Source: a virus. From it: a DNA stretch of 64,000 bases. Where the stretch lies: IMG/VR virus record IMGVR_UViG_3300032285_004186. One strand, 5' to 3'. The notes under the pieces were generated by a model. It was not told the DNA's origin and did no database searches. It saw nothing but the letters and a program-made list of their open reading frames with translations. The translations under genes were made by a program, and so were the position numbers. Positions 57,085-64,000 of the stretch are shown piece after piece (within the stretch, counting starts at the first letter, position 1; each line of letters opens with the position of its first letter).

Positions 57085-57331
57085 AACAGTTTTAATTTAT
57101 AGTGTATATTCTGGTTCTTTTTATGAATTACCAGAATCAGACGTTCTTCTATTAGATATTGGACATTTACCTTTAATTAAGAAACCTAATAAATGCAATA
57201 AATGTTATCATAGAGGTTTTGTTGGAAGAGATTCTTTAAATTTAACATATTCCCCTTGTTTGTGCGTGCAAAAAGTCTTAAATTTTGATATTCTTAAGAA
57301 GCTTGAAAACAAACATTCCAGACTTTCTTGA
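57071..57331 (+). CDS. Small putative zinc-finger protein
   Basis: CNKC...RG...PCLC. Confidence 0.55.
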   Translation: MQVIKTVLIYSVYSGSFYELPESDVLLLDIGHLPLIKKPNKCNKCYHRGFVGRDSLNLTYSPCLCVQKVLNFDILKKLENKHSRLS

Positions 57332-58979
57332 TTTTTTTCCAACAAGTAAAGGTGAATCACCTAGATTGCAACAGATACAAGGGTTAAATGCTATTCGTAA
57401 AGCATTTCAATCTGGTAAAAAATATGTTATAGCCAGACTACCAACAGGTTCTGGTAAATCCCATATAGCTACAGCCATAGCTAGATCATCAAAAAGTATA
57501 GATTCAGAACGTAGGATTCTTTTAGAAAATTATGAAGCTTTTCGTAAAGATAAAAGTGGTAATTGGATAAATGATACTATTTTTAAAGAAAAAGAATCTT
57601 TTGGGGCATTTATATTAACCATTACTAGATCTTTACAGGACCAGTACACAGATTTATTTCCAGAACAATTAGCAGTTAAGGGTCAAAGTAATTATCAATG
57701 TGATGTTGATAAAAATTTAACAATAGATTTTGCACCCTGTATTTTTACTCCAGATTTAAAACAAGAATGTTTTAAAGCAGATAGATGTCCTTATCACAAA
57801 GCTCGTAAAAACGCTATAGCATCTCAAGATCCAATTTTAAATTATCGAGTATTTTTCAATTTGCCTCCTTTTTTACAACGAAGGGAATATATTATTTGTG
57901 ATGAAGCAAAAGAACTAGAAAAAGAATTAGTAGGTCAATATTCTATTACAATTAATTATGCTCAATTACTTTCAGAAGAGATATCATTTAAAAAAATAGT
58001 TTCAGATGATAATGAAGAAGCATTCTTGTGGCTACAAGACATTTTTTTACAATTAAAAAATCAAACAGCTGATTTAAAACACAAGTTATCTTTAATGAAT
58101 AACAAGGGAAGTGTTTTAGAAGGTATTCTATTTAAGACAGCCCAACGACTCGGAAAATTAAACAATTTATACAATTCAGTTTGGGATATAGTTGAGATTT
58201 GGCACGAGTGTGAATTTTTAGTAGAAAGCAAAGATTCTAAATCAGTGACATTTGTACCCTTTAATGTCAAACCAATAGCTCAACGTATTTTTAATCAAGC
58301 AGATAAAGTTTTATTAACTTCTGCAACTATTAGTGATCCAGAGGAATATGCTCGTAGCCTAGGAATTAAAAAAGATGAATATGCAGTTGTAGATATTTCA
58401 TCAGTTTTTGATCCTTTAAAATCACCAATTTATTGTTCATCAAAATATAGTTTGTCATTTAAAACACTAGAAGCCAATCTTCCTAAGGTAGTAAACATGG
58501 TGGCAGAAATATGTGACATGCATAAAGGACAAAAGGGATTAATTCATACACACACTAATCAAATTACAGAATTTGTAAAGAAAAAATTAGGCAAAAATCA
58601 AAGATTTTTATTCAGAGAAGTTGGTATTTCCAATCAAGACATTATAGATGAACATCGTATTCGAAAAGAAGAAGATACAATTTTGGTCAGTCCATCTTTG
58701 GACACCGGAGTAAGTTTAGATGATGATCTTGGTAGGTTTCAAATTATTATTAAGGCACCTTATTTGCCGTTAGGTTCTAAAAGAATTAAGAAAATCTTTG
58801 ATAAAAGTCCGCGTTATTATAGCATGTCTATGTTAGACACTTTAATTCAAATGTGTGGAAGATGCACAAGATCTAAAGATGATTATTCCGTAACTTATAT
58901 TTTAGATGGAGCAGCAGTCAAGGCAATCACTACCAATAAAACTCATTTGCCTAAATATTTCTTAGATAGATTCATGTAA
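57303..58979 (+). CDS. DinG/XPD-family Fe-S helicase (start uncertain, TTG)
   Basis: Q motif, PTGSGKS, four Cys (YQC, APC, EC, RCPY), DEAK, SAT, IIKAPY and QMCGR. Confidence 0.88.
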   Translation: MKTNIPDFLDFFPTSKGESPRLQQIQGLNAIRKAFQSGKKYVIARLPTGSGKSHIATAIARSSKSIDSERRILLENYEAFRKDKSGNWINDTIFKEKESFGAFILTITRSLQDQYTDLFPEQLAVKGQSNYQCDVDKNLTIDFAPCIFTPDLKQECFKADRCPYHKARKNAIASQDPILNYRVFFNLPPFLQRREYIICDEAKELEKELVGQYSITINYAQLLSEEISFKKIVSDDNEEAFLWLQDIFLQLKNQTADLKHKLSLMNNKGSVLEGILFKTAQRLGKLNNLYNSVWDIVEIWHECEFLVESKDSKSVTFVPFNVKPIAQRIFNQADKVLLTSATISDPEEYARSLGIKKDEYAVVDISSVFDPLKSPIYCSSKYSLSFKTLEANLPKVVNMVAEICDMHKGQKGLIHTHTNQITEFVKKKLGKNQRFLFREVGISNQDIIDEHRIRKEEDTILVSPSLDTGVSLDDDLGRFQIIIKAPYLPLGSKRIKKIFDKSPRYYSMSMLDTLIQMCGRCTRSKDDYSVTYILDGAAVKAITTNKTHLPKYFLDRFM

Positions 58980-58990
58980 GTAATACTCTA

Positions 58991-60163
58991 ATGAGAAAAT
59001 ATACATATCACGGTGAAATAATGACTATGGTTGAAAGTTTTACAGCAGCTTTCAATGACATTATTGTTAAAGGATATGATAAATCTCGAATAGTTATTCC
59101 AGATAGTGATAAAAAAGTACGATTTGTTTATGCACCTAAGCAGAGAGTTTATGAATCCTTAAACACTCCCGGACCGGGTGGAATATCTGTACCCGTAGTT
59201 TCTATCAGTCAAGGAAGTATAACCAGAGACAAAACTAGGGTTTTTAATAAAAATCAAGGATTTCAAATACCTTACCACTCCACCGGCGAATCAGATGAAA
59301 TCATTAAAAATATATCTCAACCGGTTCCTATCAATTTGACAATTAATATGTCAATTATGACAAAGTATCAGGAACATATGGATCAAATTATTAGCAATTT
59401 TGTTCCTTACTGTGACCCTTATGTAATTATTTCTTGGAAATTTCCAGTTTTACCTGATTCCACAATTCCTTATGAAATAAGATCAGAAGTTTTATGGGAT
59501 GGCATGATAAAAACCACTTACCCAACAGAGTTACAACCAAATGCTCCGTTCAGACTTACCGCAGATACCTCTTTTACTATCAAGGGTTGGTTGTTCAAAA
59601 ACAATGAGGAAGCTTATAATAAAATTTATTACATTAATAGTGATTTTTCACCAGTAGATCAAACATTTTTATTAGAACAATTACAAACAGAAACAACACA
59701 TATATCAGCTGCACCACATATTAAAAGTGCTTCACCTTATCGGTTATCATTTTGGACAGAAAACTTGCCTTATTCATCTTTAAATATTTTTGATATAGAT
59801 TTATATGGCAAATATTTTTTTGATATACAGGGTTTGTATTTAAGTGCCTCAAATAATGAGATGTTGCAAGGTATGCAACTGCATGATTTCTTTAGTTTGA
59901 GACCAAAATTGTCAGCAAATAATCCACCTTTTTATGCTTTAGAGCTATCAGGATTTAAAGTTGAATCAGATCATTATATAAAATTTGAAATACCGCAAAT
60001 ACCATTAACTAGTGGAACATTTGATATTATAGCAGTCAATGAAGCGGGTTATGGTAAATTAACAACTGGTAGTTTAAGACAATCTATTAGTTCGTGGTCT
60101 GGGTGGACCTTAGAACAACCTCCTTATTCCTCCGGAATTTTTGTGACTCTTTTTGAAGCTTAA
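58991..60163 (+). CDS. Tail sheath stabilizer / completion protein (gp15-like) with C-terminal Ig-like extension
   Basis: 'FTAAFNDI', 'YAPKQR', 'PVPINL...MDQIISNFVPY' and 'SFTIKGWLF'. Confidence 0.85.
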   Translation: MRKYTYHGEIMTMVESFTAAFNDIIVKGYDKSRIVIPDSDKKVRFVYAPKQRVYESLNTPGPGGISVPVVSISQGSITRDKTRVFNKNQGFQIPYHSTGESDEIIKNISQPVPINLTINMSIMTKYQEHMDQIISNFVPYCDPYVIISWKFPVLPDSTIPYEIRSEVLWDGMIKTTYPTELQPNAPFRLTADTSFTIKGWLFKNNEEAYNKIYYINSDFSPVDQTFLLEQLQTETTHISAAPHIKSASPYRLSFWTENLPYSSLNIFDIDLYGKYFFDIQGLYLSASNNEMLQGMQLHDFFSLRPKLSANNPPFYALELSGFKVESDHYIKFEIPQIPLTSGTFDIIAVNEAGYGKLTTGSLRQSISSWSGWTLEQPPYSSGIFVTLFEA

Positions 60164-60207
60164 AAATTTAACAAATAATGTTGTTTATTTGTATATTACA
60201 GTAATTA

Positions 60208-60215
60208 TATAAGTA
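60208..60215 (+). promoter_or_regulatory. Putative late promoter TATAAGTA
   Basis: One mismatch from T4 late TATAAATA; 3 nt upstream of the portal ATG. Confidence 0.55.
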
Positions 60216-60218
60216 CAT

Positions 60219-62090
60219 ATGGCCGACCTTCTCGCTACACCTGATAGAAATTCTAGTTCTAATCGCAATTTTATATCCAGCATTTTGCAAAGATTGCCTT
60301 ATGTTTCTACAGAAATAGAAGCAGATACAAATAATCCAAAGTATGAATTATTTGACAGACTTTCTAAAAGAACAGAATTCAGATTACTGAAACAATCTGT
60401 AATTACGGGTGGAGCAATGCAAAGTGAGTATGGTTCGGGTTCTGGTGGCCACGGTTCCATAACATCTCACAGTCCTTATCACAAATATTTATATGCAAAT
60501 ATAGACACAGACAAGATAAGAAGAATATCTGAATATAGGCGCATGGCTTCATTTGCAGAAGTAGCTGATTGCCTAGATGAAATTTGTGATGAATTCATCG
60601 TTAAAGACGAAAATGGTCATATTTTACATTTAAATTTTTCTAATTTTTGTGATTTATCTTCTGAAGAAAAAATTGAATTAAAAAAAGAATATGAAAAGTT
60701 TGTCAATATTTATGATTTAGAACATAAAGGATGGGGGTATTGCAGACAATTATTAGTAGAAGGGGAAATTTTCTTTGAAAATATTACATATAAAGATAAA
60801 CATGAGTATGGAATTATTGGAGTATTATCCATACCCGGAGAATTAATTAATCCCTGTTATGATAACATACAGAATAATGTTATAGAAAATTTTACGTTTC
60901 AAAAACCAATTAATTTACAACAACAAGCAACACAGCCTCTTTCTCAGCAGCAAGCTAATAAAAATCCGGTCAATGCCTTGCAACAACAAATAGTAACTCT
61001 TCAGGCTAATCAGGTTACCTACATGAATTCTGGTTTGTGGAATGAAGACCACAGCATAAGAATTCCTTTTATAGAAAATTGCAGAAGATCTTATAAAATG
61101 TTATCTCTTTGTGAAGATGCTATTATTATATATCGTCTTGTAAGAGCACCAGAACGATTAAAATTTACCATAGATGTAGGCAATATGCCTCCTTACAAGG
61201 CAGAAGCCTATATGAAGGGATTAATGCAACAATATTATTCTAAGCAGGTTTATGATGGTGGTGTTAATTCTACAGGACCAGTCAGCAATTCTTACAATCC
61301 TCAATCTATGTTAGATAGTTACTGGTTTGCTCGCAAGCCAGGTGAGGTCGGATCAGATGTTCAGGTCTTGCAAGGAGGAGACAACCTTGGCAAATTAGAT
61401 GATCTGATGTATTTTGTAGGTAAATTGTATAAGAGTTTAAAAGTACCTATGTCTCGTTTAAATCCTAATGAGACCTTTAAAGACGGGTCTGAAATTCTTA
61501 AAGAAGAATTGAGATTTGCTAAGTTTATAATTCGCTTACAGAATCAAGTAGCGGCTGGTATTAAAAACGCTTTTATCAGTCATTTAAAAATTAAAGGTTG
61601 GTGGAAAGAATACAAACTTCATGAGTCTTATATAAATTTAGAATTTAATGCCCCTTCTAATTTCTTTGCTATTCGCCAACAACAAATGGCAGAATTGAAA
61701 CAGAAGAACTTTTCAGATATGTCTCAAAATGAAGGCATATCAAATATCTTTGCTCAACGTCATTATCTCGGATATAGTGATGCCAAAATTAGTGAGAATA
61801 TGGAATGGCAACGCAAAGAAGCAGGCTTTAAATGGGAATTAGCTCAAATAGCTAATGCTGGTCCCAACTGGAGAGAACAAATTGAAGCCGCTCAGCAAGC
61901 ATCTTTGGAAAATCAAGGAGGAGCTCAATCCGGGTTTGAAGGTGGTGGAGGAGCTGGAGCGTCAGCTATTCCAGAATTTGGCAATGTTAGTGGAGCCAAT
62001 ACTCCAGAAACACCTACCAGTGAAGTACCAGCTCCCGCAGGAGAAGCAACACCTACATCATTAGAGACTCCACCTGGACCAGCTACTTAG
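60219..62090 (+). CDS. Portal protein (gp20-like)
   Basis: YRRMA, 'EDAIIIYRLVRAPER..F.IDVGNMP..KAE.Y', 'LYKSLKVP.SRL' and 'EELRFAKFI.RLQ'. Confidence 0.95.
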   Translation: MADLLATPDRNSSSNRNFISSILQRLPYVSTEIEADTNNPKYELFDRLSKRTEFRLLKQSVITGGAMQSEYGSGSGGHGSITSHSPYHKYLYANIDTDKIRRISEYRRMASFAEVADCLDEICDEFIVKDENGHILHLNFSNFCDLSSEEKIELKKEYEKFVNIYDLEHKGWGYCRQLLVEGEIFFENITYKDKHEYGIIGVLSIPGELINPCYDNIQNNVIENFTFQKPINLQQQATQPLSQQQANKNPVNALQQQIVTLQANQVTYMNSGLWNEDHSIRIPFIENCRRSYKMLSLCEDAIIIYRLVRAPERLKFTIDVGNMPPYKAEAYMKGLMQQYYSKQVYDGGVNSTGPVSNSYNPQSMLDSYWFARKPGEVGSDVQVLQGGDNLGKLDDLMYFVGKLYKSLKVPMSRLNPNETFKDGSEILKEELRFAKFIIRLQNQVAAGIKNAFISHLKIKGWWKEYKLHESYINLEFNAPSNFFAIRQQQMAELKQKNFSDMSQNEGISNIFAQRHYLGYSDAKISENMEWQRKEAGFKWELAQIANAGPNWREQIEAAQQASLENQGGAQSGFEGGGGAGASAIPEFGNVSGANTPETPTSEVPAPAGEATPTSLETPPGPAT

Positions 62091-62092
62091 GA

Positions 62093-62098
62093 TAAGTA
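62093..62098 (+). promoter_or_regulatory. Putative late promoter TAAGTA
   Basis: 5 nt upstream of the gp13 ATG. Confidence 0.55.
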
Positions 62099-62103
62099 GT
62101 TAC

Positions 62104-63246
62104 ATGCCTGTTGTACCTCCCAATTTTGGAAGCACTACTTTTAACAATATAATTACAAGTTATGATTTGCTCTCCCAGCGTATTAAACATATGCTCGGAG
62201 AACCTTTGGTTCAAGTAGAAATAAGTGATGCACAAATGTACACGTGCATAGATACAGCCTGTGAATTTTTTACTAAATTTGCCGGCACTACAGAAGAATT
62301 TTTAATATTTCGTTCAGATTTATACATTCCAGGTAAAGGTCTTCCTATTGGAAGGATAATAAACACTACACCAGAATTGGGCAATAATCAAATAACAGAA
62401 ATAATCTCAAGTCCCGGAATCACGGAATATAATGAAACTATAGGAGATGGGATTTCTAAGGCTTTTTTAATTAATCATAATCTTAATTCATCAGAAGTGA
62501 TTGTGGAACTTTATGATGCAAATACCGGACAACAAGTGTATGCATCCGTAACTACAGTATCACTAAATGCGGTGGCTATTTCTTTTGGATTTGTTATTCC
62601 AGTTAATTCTTATAATGTAATAGTTATAAACGGCGTCACCTCTGGTGAAACCTCAACTACAACTGCTTCTGTAACTAGCACAAGCAGTGCAGGTTGGGAT
62701 TTTGATATGAACAATTACCGAAAAGTTGCAGATGTGTATTCTTTCGCAGAGGGAAATAATTCTGGTATTAATACATTATTTTCCGTAGAACATACCATAG
62801 CACAACAAGCTTATTTTGGACATTTATTAGGTAATGTTGGCTATGATTTAATTACTTGGCAAGCCTTAAAAGGGTGGTTGGATTTAAGAGATAAAGTATT
62901 GGCTTTGACTCCTTATTTGAGATTTGATCCTCACACTCAAATGCTTCGTATCATTCCCGAGCCAAGCCAAACTAATACTCCTTATTATGGTTTAGTGGGT
63001 TGTCATTTGCAAAGACCTATTAAAGATATTGTAAGTCAATTGTGGGTTTATAGATATACCATGGCTTTAGTCAAATTAGCAACCGCTCATGCTAGAGGAA
63101 AATATAGTGGTACTAATTTATTCGGGGGACAAGTAGTTTCCTATCAAGACCTAATGTCTCAGGGATTATCTGAAAGAGATAAACTAGAAGATGAATTAAT
63201 GAATAAACACGTTGATTCAATGCCTACTAGATTTTTTATAGGGTAA
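62104..63246 (+). CDS. Neck protein (gp13-like)
   Basis: 'IKHMLGEPLVQVEISD.Q', 'WVYRY', 'RGKYSG..L.GG' and 'FFIG'. Confidence 0.85.
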   Translation: MPVVPPNFGSTTFNNIITSYDLLSQRIKHMLGEPLVQVEISDAQMYTCIDTACEFFTKFAGTTEEFLIFRSDLYIPGKGLPIGRIINTTPELGNNQITEIISSPGITEYNETIGDGISKAFLINHNLNSSEVIVELYDANTGQQVYASVTTVSLNAVAISFGFVIPVNSYNVIVINGVTSGETSTTTASVTSTSSAGWDFDMNNYRKVADVYSFAEGNNSGINTLFSVEHTIAQQAYFGHLLGNVGYDLITWQALKGWLDLRDKVLALTPYLRFDPHTQMLRIIPEPSQTNTPYYGLVGCHLQRPIKDIVSQLWVYRYTMALVKLATAHARGKYSGTNLFGGQVVSYQDLMSQGLSERDKLEDELMNKHVDSMPTRFFIG

Positions 63247-63247
63247 T

Positions 63248-63715
63248 ATGCGCAAGCATTTAAATAAAAATTCTAAATATAACCAAGGCAAATTTCTTCC
63301 TCGAAATATAAACAAATACAAAGGTTCTTTACCCATTATATATAGATCTGGGTTGGAATTGAAGGCTTTTAGATGGATGGATAATAACCCAAATATTATT
63401 AGCTGGGGGTCTGAATCAGTGATAATACCATATTTTTCTCCATTAGATATGGAGAAAAAAATACATAGGTATTTTGTAGATTTAGTGGCTCATTTAAAAA
63501 ACAAAGAAGGTGTCATTAAAAAATTATTAATAGAAGTTAAACCACATAAACAAACTTCTGCACCAACTTATAGTCCACGAAAAGGAAAAAAAACTGTGCT
63601 GTATGAACAAACACAGTTTTTAATTAATTCTGCTAAATGGGAGGCTGCTAAAGCCTGGTGTGATAAAAATAATTACACTTTTATCATTCTCACCGAAAAA
63701 CACCTAAAAGATTAA
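63248..63715 (+). CDS. Head completion nuclease (gp4-like, TnsA-like)
   Basis: 'KYKG', 'YRSGLE', 'WGSE', 'HRYFVD', 'IEVKP', 'AKWEAA' and 'LTE'. Confidence 0.92.
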   Translation: MRKHLNKNSKYNQGKFLPRNINKYKGSLPIIYRSGLELKAFRWMDNNPNIISWGSESVIIPYFSPLDMEKKIHRYFVDLVAHLKNKEGVIKKLLIEVKPHKQTSAPTYSPRKGKKTVLYEQTQFLINSAKWEAAKAWCDKNNYTFIILTEKHLKD

Positions 63716-63960
63716 GCATACGCTAATAGTGAATTTGGTTTTTCTTTATTAATAATGCCGTGAGCGTTATAAAGAGTTAATTTTGGTTTAGCCGCAGTTT
63801 CTGCATTTTGTTGAATAGTACCTAGGTCATCTACTGGTAAATCATTTTTAGGTAAATGATCATTCTGGGTCCTCATGGATGCTAATAGAGGTTGTATAAT
63901 TTCTGGTTGATTGATAGATGATATGGGTTGCATTGGATTAAAATTATACAATTTTTGCAT
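63712..63960 (-). CDS. Hypothetical protein
   Basis: 82-aa ORF with TAAATA upstream. Confidence 0.45.
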   Translation of the reverse strand: MQKLYNFNPMQPISSINQPEIIQPLLASMRTQNDHLPKNDLPVDDLGTIQQNAETAAKPKLTLYNAHGIINKEKPNSLLAYA

Positions 63961-64000
63961 AAAAATTCTCGTTTATTTATCTATAAAAAAATGTTTTTCT

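Noticed and set aside
60171-60192. acaaataa/ttatttgt inverted repeat between gp15 and portal
   Set aside because: An 8-bp, almost all-AT stem is too weak to call a terminator in this base composition.
881-62064. Short antisense or out-of-frame ORFs in the track (e.g. 881..1138, 3009..3254, 21076..21579, 48685..49083, 61855..62064)
   Set aside because: They lie within or across well-supported genes and have no motifs; most likely shadow ORFs.
1-64000. Stop-codon reassignment
   Set aside because: Core genes are full length in the standard code, and both TAG (13000, 62090) and TGA (49699, 54254) end genes at tight junctions.
1-64000. tRNA genes, CRISPR arrays, IS elements, integrase
   Set aside because: Intergenic gaps are nearly all under 70 nt, and no cloverleaf, spaced repeat or transposase motif was seen.

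Overview
This 64 kb AT-rich window (roughly 30% GC by eye) is part of a large T4-like myovirus genome. It uses the standard genetic code, is densely coded, and shows no tRNA or CRISPR array. It has three blocks. (1) 1-15076, plus strand: tail-tube and baseplate genes, with the terminase large subunit embedded among them and a two-gene gp5-like spike. (2) 15060-46394, minus strand: the T4 replication/recombination core (gp45, gp32, gp41, UvsX, ThyX, family-B polymerase, gp46, gp47, gp55, UvsW, UvsY), interleaved with FolE2, QueD, QueE, a TGT/DpdA-like protein and an 8.3 kb glycosyltransferase/methyltransferase island. (3) 46425-63715, mostly plus strand: primase, a QueC/GATase/glycosyltransferase/DUF366-like operon, a gp62-like protein, GroES, DinG, gp15, portal, gp13 and gp4. 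Best leads: (a) a dispersed 7-deazaguanine pathway with unusual extra partners that may make an undescribed base; (b) a DNA polymerase broken inside its exonuclease domain by a 178-nt intein-like insertion carrying a +1 frame break at an A7 run; (c) sigma70-type and late-type promoter boxes 4-6 nt from ATG, implying leaderless mRNAs, two of them fused with terminator hairpins; (d) a lambda-lysozyme-like domain inserted in the gp5 OB fold. All family calls come from motif recognition by eye; no searches were run.
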